Origin: Bipalium vagum
Taxonomy: Eukaryota
NCBI GenBank assembly: GCA_037834085.1
Contig: JBBMKC010064352.1
Location: forward strand, 1-38,656
Direction of reading: 5' to 3'
DNA: 38,656 bases
Position numbers and translations under genes: made by a program. Within the stretch, counting starts at the first letter, position 1. Each line of letters opens with the position of its first letter. Below the pieces are notes generated by a model that searched no databases, was not told the origin of the DNA, and was given only the letters and a program-made list of their open reading frames with translations. Positions 25,001 to 36,116 of the stretch are shown piece after piece.

Positions 25001-28000
25001 CATATTGTGATTGACTGATGAAGGAGAATATATAAGCAACTACCAGATTTTCACAGCAAAACAAGAACAGAAACGAACAGAGTACAAAACTGAGAACCAG
25101 AATCAAAATGAATAAAAAGAGAAACAAAACGATAGAGAGACGGTGACGATGAAAAGAAAAGGCAAACGAAGAATTGAATTGAACATTATTATTAAGCGAT
25201 TTTTGTTGTTAATAAATTGATTTTTATTACCATATTATTTATTCGAACGGATCATTATTTTGTAATTTGAAGTCAGGAAAATTGATTAATATTTATCTGA
25301 AAATTAACAATTTTATTAATCTAAATAAAAAGAAAAAGGAAGAATCGAGCTATTTAATATCTATTGGTAGACCTTTTAATTAAAAAATTAACATGTTAAA
25401 AGTATTCTTCAACTCAATTGTTTTTAATTAATTTACAGAATGAAGAAAGCAGAAATCAATGGATCAATAATGTCTTATCAATTAATATTTTGGTTAATTT
25501 AAATTTGAGAATATTTTAATTTTAATTTTGAATTTTTTAGTGTTTTTTAAGAAAACCTCTTTTAAATAATTTTTAATTATACGGTATATACAATTGAGAA
25601 AAATATTCCCTGGATTCCTGCTTCCTTTGGTCGATGAATTAATCTCACCGTTTATTTTTAATTATTCATGATTCACAATTTTTCTTTCTTTTTCGAAATT
25701 ACTCATTACCACAGATAAATCATTTTCATTTGCATATTTACTTTCTTTAAACACACATTATGATCCAGTAACTTACTTGTTCTCCTTTATTTGGAAATGC
25801 TGTAAAAGATATATGTTAAACTTATAGACAGTTTCGGAAAATCATGTCTGAAAATTGATTTTAACTAAACGTTTTGGCAGGTTGTGTGATTGCGGCTGAT
25901 TGATTAAAAAGCAAAAAATCGATCTTATTCTAAAGTATTCTTTAGAAAAACTTTTTTCAGGATAAAATGCAGTTAACCTCGTTCCGAAGTAATACTCAAT
26001 CTATTTTCCAAACCATTTTGAAAGAATGTTTAGGTCTTGTACTTAATTAGGGTAATACCGTTTTTCTTGGAAAATAAGGCCTCCTTTAAAAATACGCCCT
26101 CCCCCGATTTTTCCAGAAATTTTAGATATAAGGCCTCCTTGGAAAGTAAGCCCTCCTATTAACTCCCCTGCCAGTACACATCGTGCAAAAGACATAAAGG
26201 TCTTCCTGTCAGAAAGAAGAGTGGATCAGTTAATGATACCAGGTGGAATGACACTATACTTTCAAACACTAGACATTTCCATTAACAAGCCATTCAAAGA
26301 TTATTTGCGTGTGGAAATCAATGAGTAAAGTGAACATCGGTTGGAAAGAAATCAGCGTGGAAACTTTATTAAAAATAGTCTGCAAGAAGTCATTGGATGG
26401 GTCAAGACAGCCTTGAATAAAATCATCAATGACACAGTTGCCCATGCATTAAGAGCAGGTTACTTGGATAAGAATTTATCTTTTGAAGAAATTTACATAC
26501 CCAAGCATGAAAGAAAAAGGCCCTTAATACTTAACATGTTGAAGGATGTTTTGGATGGATTCCAAGGTTTAAATCTATAATATTATGATGATGTTCCAGA
26601 GGATGATGATATGACTGTATTTGATTAAATTTCATTGTGAGATTTACCAGTATACTTAAAATATAAGCTCTCCTTTGAAAATAAGCCCTGAAGTGATTTT
26701 TCCTCAAAAGTTTTAATCTAAGACTGGTCTTATTTTCGAAGAAACACGGTACAAAAAAGTACTTTCTTAGAAACATTTGTCTTCACATTAATTAAGTGCA
26801 AAAATTATTAAATATAATATAGGATCAATTCACCATTTATGAGATTTTTGTTCCTATTTCGATATTTATTACAATTATTAAACTATCATTACTACATGAT
26901 TAAGTTTAGCGGTAATGAAAATTTTCAGTTCGTTGGAATCAGAAGGTGTTTTCTCAAACAATGCAATTACATCTCAAAGGGCTGAAACAAACAACTTATT
27001 GATAAAACCCCAATTGGAAAAAACTCGAAGAATTAGTACCGGAATGATGAAAATGGAAGTGACTGGGACCGAATCAGATGGAACGGGTGAACATAGTCAC
27101 ACTAAAACAACAAATTTATCCGTTAACGATTCGTTCGAAAAACATAAAACACAGTCCGCTGAAGCTCCAGACTCGGTTCAATGTTCAAAATCTTTACCTC
27201 CCTCTAGAAGAACTGGCAGTCTCGACTATCAAAATATGTCATCAAGACCCTCCAAATATCCGGTTATGAAAGAAGACTATAATCAGGTGAGTTATTTTTG
27301 TTCTTTTGTAAATATTTGGTTGTCTAAAAAGTTTTCGCAGATTCCAATAGCAATACGAAAAACGTAAGAATACTAAGAAAATTTCTAAACTTTATTAAAC
27401 TACATATACATCTTCTTGGTCGACAATGTCTTACCATTTCTTTAATAAAGGTAAAATTCCGTGACTCTAGAACTTCTCTAATTTTCACTGAAAAACTGAG
27501 ATAAGTGGTCTTCGATATCCTCCTTTGAATTTAATTTTACACAATCAAAAAAGTTCTACAGTGAACGAAACAAATAATAGTCTAGTGGTGGAATATTAGG
27601 ACAATTTGAAGGATGCAAAAAACTTTATTATTTATTAATAAAATGCTTAACTTCCTTAAGCAATTTGAATGCTGTGATTATTAAATTAATGTAATTGAAA
27701 TATTTAAACAAACAAAATATCAATATAAATATCTGTAATAGTTTTTCGCCGCCTATTCTGAAAATCGGCGGTAACTTTTTAGACAACCAAATATTAATTG
27801 TGTGAATTATTTTGGGGAATTTTCTTCAGAAATAACTAAAATAATATTTACAACAAAAAATATGCACTTCTTGTTGGAAGTATTATCAACCACTTCGCAC
27901 TATCTGTTCCCATTTCAGTAAAAGTTTTTTGAAAAATAATTGCTCCAAAAAGTTCATAAAAATCCTGCTTTTAGTACCGCTTTTCAAAATTTGCGTGGTA

Positions 28001-29215
28001 TATTAGATGAATATTTAAACAAGCACTTTTTCACTTAAATTGATAGATAATTAGTCACATTTAAAAATGGTTTTTATCATACTTATGTACTGTTGTGGTA
28101 GCTTTTGGAAATTGATTGACACTCATAATATAAATACTATTTTTTAATAAGGTATTATTTTAAAGAAAATTTTTCTATTTGTCATAAAATTTAATGATTT
28201 AAACAAAAATTATTTGAATATCTTAAAATTAAAAATATTTTTAAATGAATTTCCACCAATGTATAAATATATAAATAAACAATTAAAGGTATTTGAATAA
28301 TTCAAACGATATATGTAAAGTTAGACAGACCTTTAACAAGGACGAAAGATTTTCGAATTTGTTTAATCAAAAAATGTTAAAATGTTGCTGAAGGAAATTA
28401 ATTATTATTTCTCCATTTAAACAAAAAAGATATTTCACATAAATAAATATTCGATTTTATGATACGATTTAGATTAGTGTTTTTTTACCATGATTATTAT
28501 TAAATTTTTTCCTGACAAAATGGTTCGAAAGTATCAAACTAATTTTATAATGATCAACGACGATGGCGATGAAGAATAATCTTGGGTTGCAATTAGTATA
28601 GAGTATTAGATCAGTCTTAATTTAGGGTTTATGAAAACATTAACAGGAGAAACGTTAGAATTATTCTCCATTTGCGACTCTCCATACCATTAATTTAGAT
28701 AATTAGGAAACTGGTTGAAATGTTACTTCAAAGGATTCGTGTCAAAAGAGATATAGCTTAACCAATTGGTTATGTGTTTGCTCTACGTACGACTCTTTTA
28801 CTTGGATTGCTTCACGCTAGTTGAATTAGTTCTGGTATAATTGTTTCTTCAAATTCTTTTCTCGCTCCTCGGAATTATGGAAATATCAATTGATTGTAAA
28901 CATTTTTTTGTTATTTTCTTTTGACATATATTACTGGAAATGTACCATTTGAGTGTTTTAAGAGAAATTTTATTTATATTTTTTTTGGAAGAACTTAACA
29001 AAATATTTATACTCCGTGTTTTATTTTCCGAATTAAATTTTATTAATTTTCACATTTATTTTAATCGATTTAAATTTTTCTATTGATTTATCCATGTTAC
29101 TTTGATACCTTTGTCGGGATAATTACCAAAACAAAGAAAATTGAAAACAGCTTAGTAAGTCTTTTAGGGAACTTCATTAACGAAGGTTGAAACAAGCCTG
29201 GTAGAACTTTTCTGG

Positions 29216-29264
<49 letters not shown>

Positions 29265-32200
29265 CTATTATTTTAATTTATTAAAAAAATTGTCTGAATT
29301 ATCACCAAATATTTAACAAATTGAAATTAACACTTTTGTCTGAAGTTAACCGGGGTTCAATAAATGTTTTACCTGAATATTTTATTTTGGGTTTGCCAAA
29401 GGCACAAACCGTAAAAATTGTGATTAATAATTGTAATAATAATAAATTAATAAATTTTAAATTAAATAAATTTTTTGAACTTTTTAAAATATTAAAAGCA
29501 GTATAACAAAATCTTGTAGTCCAGATAATGATATATTTACTTAATTATTATTTTTTGAAAAGAAATATGTCCCGTCGTCGGAGCAATAAATTATATATTT
29601 ATTACTATTTCACTAATTCTATCTCGACGTTTTAAATTTTATTTTAAATATCGACTATCGTTTTTTCATGAATTTGGAAAACTTATTTAAAAAAAGCAAA
29701 TTCCAATCCTAATAGACTGTCCAAAACGCCTTTCTGCATTTTATTGATTCTCTCAAATCAGAGTTTTTGATAGACATCTCAGAACTACCGACGAGATAGA
29801 AAAAGTCTCTTCTTGTGGAAGACTTTTAATTTCGTTTTTCCTTGTTAAAGATTTCACTTATTTAGAATTTGGTATTAGGTCTATGCACTTCATACTTATT
29901 AAAAAATTATTGGCTGTTAAAGGAAATATCCGTCTAAAAGCGTAGAGATTGGTCATTGTAGACCAATCTCTACAGCTATATAAAGAGATGGCTGTTCCTA
30001 GAAACTCGGCAAGAAAAATAAGAGAAGAAATTATAAATTATTATAGCTTATCAAAGACGTGAAGACTATTTTTCTTGCTTACAAGTATTTTCCTTTCATT
30101 TACATTTATAGCGATGCAAGAATATTTAACAATGAGACCCAGCGAGCTTGGGAATCCCTAGATGATCTGAAAAAGGCCTTGATGACGACCCGGGAATCCA
30201 TTGTCGCTCCGGATGAAGATATTATACATATTGCTTTTCTTCTTCATTCTTAATTTTCTTTTATATATTTCATTTAAATTATATTAAACTGAATTTTTAC
30301 TTTAATATTGCTTCTTTGTGTTTTGGTGTTTGATTATTAACATGACCATTCTTTAGAATTGATTCAGTAATTTTCAGATATTTGTTCAGTATTGATTCTT
30401 TAATTGTGATGTTTTCTATGTAAACGGTTTGAATTTTAATAAAGTTTTCCTGCGATAGTTTTTATTCAATTTGAGGTACAAATAGAAATAAGGTTTTATT
30501 GTGGGAGTTTTAATTCAATTGAGTTTAAATTTGCATAACTGTAATAGTAAAACGAACACAACATTAGATAAAGAGGAGTTATTGATTTCGAGTAAAAGTT
30601 ACATATTTTAATTAAGGAAAATAGTAAAATTTATATCAACTGTGGCACTCTGGGTTCTCTTTGAATTTTTGTAAAAAGTTTTTAGTTTCCTTAAATATTT
30701 TATTAAAATTCATTTCTGAATCTTCCAAAAAAATAATGTTTTTTTTTAAGTCTAATTGATACATATCGATCTTTTCTAAGAATATGAGATACGTCTGTAC
30801 ATTTTCTTTATATCGTTTTGTAAAAACCGAACCCTAAAATGCTATTGAATAATCTCTGACTTATCCTGAAATGTTTTGGTTGCACTTTATCCAACTGTAA
30901 ACGATTGAATTTTTGTAATATTCTAACATAAATAATGACGAACGAACAAAAACGGAATCCTAACTCCCCTAAATTTTTTATGATGATAGCTTCATAGTAC
31001 CGACACATAATTGCATTACTCGTTAGGAGATGACAGCACATTACGATGTTTAACAGCCTCGTCTGAATTGAACTGTATAACGCGCATGGAGTTTTGAAGA
31101 GAAATAAATGAAAGTCTGAGGCGCAAGGTTAGGCGAGTATGATTGGTACGGCAGCACGACCCATCCAAACCTCTTTTTTTTATTTAACACCAGCAATCTT
31201 CCTGTGAGACACTCTTTCTATTTAGTAATATTTAAATTTAAAGATTTCCTCTTTTTAAAATCACGAAGTGCTTTAATTGACTGAACTCAAATTAACTTTT
31301 TTAATACTCCCAATTCAAGGATTACATTTATTTTCTCATTGAAATACATGAATACCATTAAATGCTTTATAAGCCATGGAGAAAAATTATTTCTTATTTA
31401 ATTACTTTACACAATTTACCATTAATAATTTACAGGCAGTACAAATCTCTATCCCAAACCTTTCCCAAGGTATTCATGAAAACTTATATAACTCAACAGT
31501 AAAGGAAGAATCTGAACCATCAGACACCTTAACCACCAACACGGACAACTCCAATAATGTGAAAACTGATCCCGAACGTGTGGAGGTTACGTTAACAGGT
31601 GATTATTATATATTGATGACTAAACTTTTCAGTCGAAAAAATATTTTTACAAAATTGGTAAATATAAAATAAAATCTTTTTTTTAAAATTAACACATTTT
31701 TCACAATGTGTTTCCATCTAATTTTTCCCCTTATTTTATTCATTGTTTCATTTATTCATTATTAACATCATCATGTTTATAATCAATACATTATTATGTA
31801 TTGATTTATTTCTGATATCACAAAAGGAATATTCAAACAATTTTTAATTATCAAACTATCGAAAATCAATATTATTATACAATATTATTAGACATACATT
31901 ATATTATGTTACTTAACTTTTAAAAATTTTAGTCAATTTAAATTATTATTATTATTATTATTATCAAAACTTTACATTATAATTTTAATTATAATGTATA
32001 AATCATAATATATAATCAAAAGATTTCCATTACATTACAAAACTTTTATTTAATATTATATTTAATTAAAATTTACAGAAATTATTTTTATAATATATTT
32101 TTAAAGTAATATAGTTTTATTAAAAGCGTGTGACAATTATAATATATTTCAAAAGATTATAAATTCTTTTCAATGAGATTTCAAAAGCAAAATGTTAAAG

Positions 32201-35200
32201 TTAAGAATTTGATCCAATGAATTTTGAAGAAAGCACCTTAGTTAATTATTCAAACAAAATAGATTAATTTATGAATTTCTTAGGACATTTCAAATAAAAA
32301 GTAATCAAACAGATTTATAAATAAATTATCAAAATTCCAGAACAATCGTCTAATTAAAAACCTTCGTGTTTTGAAGAAAAATAATTTTAAGAAATTTTTT
32401 AAAAATATTCAGAGGTTTACATCTTAACCAGAATACGTTATGCAATGTGTAACGAATTATCTCAAGTTTTTTGTCTTGAAAAAGATATTATTTCATATTG
32501 GCTCTGATTAGGGCTATTATTTGGAAAGAGATGACCTATTTAACCAGACTGTAAAATCAGTATTCAATAAAATAAACTCTTGAACTTTTCCCAGAAATAA
32601 TTAAATTTTTTATTTATTATAAACATAAAATAATAATATACTTTATATTACCTAAGGCTAACCCGAATTTTGAAACGATATACCCATGCTTCGCTCAATT
32701 ATCTCATTTCGCTTTTGCCCAAATCACCTTGCCTTAGTGAGAATGATTTCATCAATCAGGTAACCATTAATAGAATCTATTCGAGATAACCATTTGACCA
32801 ATGATTTCTCTTAAAGACAATGATTTTTGGAAAAATTTTCTCTCAATTTTCCAATTTTTCTTTATTTTTTAAAAATTTATGATAAAGTAGAAACTCCGAG
32901 ATCCAGGTTCAATTCTCTTTTCAGCAAGGTTTTCATCGAGTTTTTTTACTTTTTCATTGGTAAATTGTAACTTTTGTTCTTCAACTGGTCATTTGGATTT
33001 TTAGATTTGTATTACGTCGTTATGTATGAAATGCATAATTTTATCTGATCGTTATTTTGGTGCATTTTTATTGTACATTAATAATTATTGTTTTAATATA
33101 TTGTCAGAACCACACAATTTAAAAAATAAGCAATACTACATTATAAATTTTGGTTTACCAAAAATGGAAAATTTGAAAAGTCGCGTTGTCACGGAATATG
33201 GATTTTGTACAGGATCAAGCACCGTTCAAATAGAACATAGAAGATGTGTTTGGCAATAATCAATCAAAGCACCACCAGTCGTTGATTTGTATTCCAAATG
33301 AGATATTAGAATTTATATTGTCCAAAGTTGAAAACTCATCAAAAGAAAATGATGTTTACTGTTTGATGGATACAGTAAGCTTGATACAATACAGCTTCAT
33401 GAGTCTAGTCAATCATAGCAAAAATCTACTTCACTCTATTCGAAATGATTAAGAATCTTTGATAAAACATTCAATTTTGACCAATACGATACTCCAATAC
33501 TTCTTCATGATAATAACCGTTTGTGTTGCAAATTAAACTCAATTAAAGATACTGAAGACGGATTTGGAAGCCACTGATTATCTTCCTGTTTTCCAGACTT
33601 TTTAAATACCGACAGATTTCACTTATTTAGAATTTGGTATTAAGTCTATGCATTTCATACTTTATGAACTAATAATTTAAATTCGAAACAACCTTAATAT
33701 TATTTAAACAAAACCAATATTTATTAAATAATATAAACATTATTTATGCAGAATTTTTTAAAAACAGCTTTTTAAATTGCGGATTACTGAATCAAATTTC
33801 ACTGGAAACTTTTTAAAATCGATAAATTTTTTTTTAAAAATTTCATTAATGAGGGTTAACCGTATTTTTATTTTTTACATTTGATTTTTTTTATTTATAT
33901 ATTGTTTATATATTATTATTTGGCACCAAAATTTGTATTTATTTAAAAAATAAAACTAGTTAAAATATTTTCTCTTGAAAACCCATTTATTTATAATTTA
34001 TTTGACAGTTCAATTTATTGATAGGATAAGATATTTTCACTGATTTTATCACAATATTTGGCTAATCAAGTAAACTTATTTACACTAGGTTCATTCTTGA
34101 TTTAGCTGTTATGGTTGAGGGTTGCTCAGTCTTTTTCTGGTGAATGGTTTTCATTTTTTTCTGACTGTGGTGAAACACCAATCTAAATGTTAGGCTCTTT
34201 TATTTTGCCTGGCTTTTAGAAATGGTATACAAAAATAAAATTCTGGATTGTTTTAAAAGTAGTATAACAAAATTCTAACCCAAAGCAAGTTTAATTCAAT
34301 TGAACAAACTCCTTTTTATTTTGAAAACAGATTAAAACTATTTTTTTCGTTATTTTTAAGTGACAAGAGACTCCTTATATTCAATTTTTCTAAATTTACT
34401 TGTCAACTTTCTTATAAATTTTATGGTCTTCAGTACTTTGATGGAATTTGCTTTCCAAATGTCTCCGTAGATCTGTTATCACAAAAGAATCTGAAATTAT
34501 TCAACTGATCTTGGTTTTGGGAAATTCAATGGTCTCCTAGGCATGGAGTAACATTTGGTTCATGGTTAACGATCATCTTATCCCTAAATATTTCATGAAC
34601 AGTGAATAATTTTACTATTATGGATGCTACCTTCAATGTGAGAGTCTTAAAACATAAATAATGGTACTAATAATGCTAATTAAATATTAGTGTTTCCAGG
34701 AAAAAATTGCCGACGTGAATATGGAAATAAATATAATGAGACTAATTTAAAATATTTTTCAACAAATATATTTATTAAATTATATATTCTTACAATACAT
34801 AATCAAAAGAGGCACATGCAAATCAATTTCCAAGCCAAAAAATTCTAAAATTAGATTTTAGTTTGTCCATGGATGGACACCCTCCTTGATGAGATTTGAC
34901 GTTGACCCAAGAGTACTCGATCGGTTGTAATTCTGGACAATTTGCTTCGTTTTGGACTACTTTAATTTCGTTTTTGGTGTAGAATTCATGAGCCTCTCTA
35001 CCATAATAACAATTAGCATAATCTGGCCAAAAGATTACAGGCTCAGGATGCGACTCAATAATGGAAGCAGTCGTTTCTTTAGACACAACATATATTTCTT
35101 TATTGACTGTTCCTTTACCTAAATTATTCACTTTTTCGTCCACATGGACACATGGTTTGTCATATCAAATATTTTCATAAATACTCTATTGTTTTTTATT

Positions 35201-36052
35201 CAAATATTTGGGAGCCATATCTCCGATTTTTTATCATCGATAATGCAGCAGTCAATTTTGCATAAACTTGTCAGATCTTTTCTGAAATACCCTTTATATA
35301 CACGGTGGCTCAAAAGTAACCTAATGATTTTAAATAATAGTAAAAAGTAAATATTCCAGACAATTATTTATTTTGAATATTATACATAAACAATAATTCA
35401 CGGAGATTTTTTAAACTAGATTTTGAAAATTATGTCTTTCAAATGACCACCACTTTCTGCCTCACAAAATTTGTCTCTTTTATAGAGTTTTCCATGACAC
35501 CTGCTAAAACTTCCGGGTTTATGGCTTTAATTTCGTCACGAATATTGTTCTTTAATTGTTGAATGGACTTTGGCTTATTAATATAAACTTTATGCTTCAA
35601 GTATCCCCAAAGAAAATAATCTGGTGCTGATAAATCTGGTGAAGGAGAAGGCCAGTTGAATGTCGAATTTCTGGAAAGTATCCGATTACAGAAAATCTCA
35701 CGTAAGAGCTCTATGGTAGATTTCGCCGTGTGTGCGGTGACTCCATCTTGTTGCAACCACACCAGTTCATTTTCAGCAGTTAACATTTCGTTCATTTTTA
35801 TCGGTTTAAAAAAAATTATATTTTTATTATAAAATTTCCTTTTTTTCTCTAAAGTGTTATGTTTAATAGAAAATTTTTCTAAAAATCAAAAATGTTATAT
35901 AGATAATTGTTAACCTATTTTAATTTGTAATATATTAAATTACATATAGAAACTTTATTTTAGAAGACTATGCTCCAAACGAAGGTTCTAAAGATGAAAA
36001 AGGGTCTAAGTTTCCGAGCACATTTCGTGATTTTATTAAATATGACTCTATG
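7017..36052 (+). CDS. RASGRF: RasGRF1/2-like Ras-specific guanine nucleotide-releasing factor, partial multi-exon gene (DH end, PH2, REM, linker; continues past the window)
   Basis: join(7017..7134,7315..7484,7536..7620,14150..14346,18747..18829,19054..19129,21913..22109,26929..27286,31436..31598,35964..36052) = 1536 nt, open frame, all introns GT-AG with matching phases. Peptides [43 protein letters not shown] and [17 protein letters not shown] closely match vertebrate RasGRF as I recall it. Confidence 0.93.
7315..7484 (+). CDS. RASGRF: RasGRF exon: PH2 domain N-terminal part
   Basis: tttcAG|GA...AAG|GTCTGT; [10 protein letters not shown]...[25 protein letters not shown]; phase 1 to 0. Confidence 0.93.
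7536..7620 (+). CDS. RASGRF: RasGRF exon: PH2 domain
   Basis: Follows a 51-nt intron; catcAG|AAT...ACAA|GTTAGT; [28 protein letters not shown] resembles NGVISLIDCTLLEE of RasGRF1; absent from the ORF track. Confidence 0.9.
7707..7862. other. Assembly gap (156 N)
   Basis: Run of n inside the RasGRF intron 7621-14149. Confidence 1.
8580..8870 (-). mobile_element. Mariner transposase N-terminal (HTH) remnant
   Basis: [26 protein letters not shown] and RSITYHEL resemble mariner APS...WF.EFKRGRTSLEDE.REGRP. Confidence 0.6.
11365..11815 (-). mobile_element. Merlin (ISXO2/IS1595-like) transposase remnant split by the MITE
   Basis: [32 protein letters not shown]; ESYL|YKWMWR restored across the MITE insertion. 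Confidence 0.8.
11404..11644. mobile_element. 241-bp Tc1/mariner-type MITE
   Basis: 28-bp TIRs CAGTACC(T/C)GGCCATTGAAATAGACTCAA with one mismatch; TA on both flanks. Confidence 0.92.
13070..13700 (-). mobile_element. Decayed mariner transposase
   Basis: ORF 13320..13637: [37 protein letters not shown]...[11 protein letters not shown] (HTH, degenerate WVP motif, first catalytic D region). Confidence 0.8.
14150..14346 (+). CDS. RASGRF: RasGRF exon: PH2 domain C-terminal part
   Basis: tttAG|AT...CAG|GTATAA; ...[40 protein letters not shown]; phase 1 to 0. Confidence 0.93.
14420..15375 (-). mobile_element. Internally deleted DD41D-like (rosa/VS) element with both TIRs
   Basis: About 44-bp TIRs C(A)..GGTGGGCGCT(G/A)GAAGACTG(G/A)AGGA, TA flanks; N-terminal HTH ([18 protein letters not shown]...RFEETGSV) joined to a C-terminal piece ([20 protein letters not shown]). 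Confidence 0.85.
14935..15025. repeat. 21-bp minisatellite, about 4 copies
   Basis: aacatcacatttcaaatttat units. Confidence 0.85.
15650..16200 (-). mobile_element. Non-LTR retrotransposon (LINE) RT remnant
   Basis: Degenerate motifs in RT order: [35 protein letters not shown].(G)ILF. Confidence 0.55.
16387..17140 (+). mobile_element. Decayed Hsmar1-like (cecropia-type) mariner
   Basis: 5' TIR TTTGGTTGGTGCAAAAATAATGTCGTTTT resembles the Hsmar1/MADE1 TIR; [42 protein letters not shown]. Confidence 0.85.
17947..18437 (+). mobile_element. Degenerate non-autonomous Tc1-like element
   Basis: Diverged CAG...CTG termini flanked by TA; C-terminal remnant [10 protein letters not shown] (LIxSMPRR-like). 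Confidence 0.5.
18747..18829 (+). CDS. RASGRF: RasGRF exon: PH2 end and linker
   Basis: ttttcAG|TGC...ATACG|GTAAGT; [28 protein letters not shown]; phase 0 to 2. Confidence 0.9.
19054..19129 (+). CDS. RASGRF: RasGRF exon: pre-REM
   Basis: tttAG|A...CAG|GTAATT; [25 protein letters not shown] (RasGRF DDVDIRFS...NSCKV motif). Confidence 0.93.
19415..19563. repeat. 67-bp tandem duplication in an (ATT)n low-complexity tract
   Basis: tatttgttaatattttattttttcattattttattattatt at 19451 and 19518. Confidence 0.8.
19681..20475 (+). mobile_element. Internally deleted mariner element
   Basis: Diverged TIRs TTA(G/T)(G/C)TTGTCC... with TA flanks; N-terminal remnant [26 protein letters not shown]. Confidence 0.65.
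21913..22109 (+). CDS. RASGRF: RasGRF exon: REM (RasGEF_N) domain
   Basis: tttAG|ATC...TTAA|GTAAGA; [37 protein letters not shown]. Confidence 0.95.
23170..23352 (-). mobile_element. Mariner catalytic-domain fragment
   Basis: [25 protein letters not shown]...[25 protein letters not shown]. Confidence 0.85.
24330..24870 (-). mobile_element. LINE remnant (endonuclease start plus RT fragment)
   Basis: NWKCR (WNCRG-like), frameshifted AL.SETF, then [10 protein letters not shown]...LLGR...[12 protein letters not shown] (degenerate AFDxVxH..LL.KL and SGVPQG motifs). Confidence 0.55.
26058..26749 (+). mobile_element. Non-autonomous Tc2/pogo (POGK-like) element with both TIRs
   Basis: TIRs CCGT(T/G)TTTCTT(G/C)GAAAATAAG with TA flanks; subterminal TAAG(G)CC(C)TCC repeats; [26 protein letters not shown]. 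Confidence 0.9.
26929..27286 (+). CDS. RASGRF: RasGRF exon: Ser/Thr-rich linker between REM and CDC25
   Basis: ttttcAG|T...CAG|GTGAGT; phase 2 to 0 fits both neighbours; 119 open codons with coding-like composition; no conserved motif. Confidence 0.8.
27315..27791 (-). mobile_element. 477-bp non-autonomous mariner with both TIRs
   Basis: TIR TTTGGTTGTCTAAAAAGTT at both ends, TA flanks; C-terminus [19 protein letters not shown]...[16 protein letters not shown]. Confidence 0.9.
29216..29263. repeat. (AAT)n microsatellite, about 16 units
   Basis: Perfect trinucleotide run. Confidence 0.95.
30110..30215 (+). mobile_element. Possible Tc1/mariner-family C-terminal fragment
   Basis: [16 protein letters not shown] resembles the LKxALxxxWxxI helix. 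Confidence 0.4.
31045..31172 (-). mobile_element. Mariner C-terminal fragment
   Basis: [39 protein letters not shown] (YSPDLAPSD motif). Confidence 0.85.
31436..31598 (+). CDS. RASGRF: RasGRF exon: acidic/Ser-Thr linker
   Basis: ttacAG|GCA...ACAG|GTGATT; [31 protein letters not shown]...; phase 0 to 1. Confidence 0.7.
34800..35298 (-). mobile_element. DD37E (ITmD37E-like) transposase remnant
   Basis: [21 protein letters not shown] (FWPDLASCHY-like), [12 protein letters not shown]. Confidence 0.8.
35301..35795 (-). mobile_element. DD41D (rosa/VS) transposase 3' half with one TIR
   Basis: [12 protein letters not shown]...[20 protein letters not shown] with exactly 41 residues between the two catalytic D; terminus TA|CACGGTGG at 35301. 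Confidence 0.9.
35964..36052 (+). CDS. RASGRF: Probable RasGRF linker exon
   Basis: ttttAG|AA...ATG|GTTAGA; [30 protein letters not shown] is open in the phase left by the previous exon; no homology support. Confidence 0.55.
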
Positions 36053-36116
36053 GTTAGATATGCTATAAAAAGATATTATTTTAATAAAATTATTCTATTT
36101 TTTCTTAATATATATA

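Noticed and set aside
3140-25030. Hammerhead ribozymes at CTGATGA motifs (about 3146, 3252, 16130, 25015)
   Set aside because: None has a stem II followed by GAAA with flanking helices
30059-30253. Extra RasGRF exon
   Set aside because: Its acceptor phase does not fit the phase-0 neighbours, no good donor, and the peptide resembles a transposase C-terminal helix
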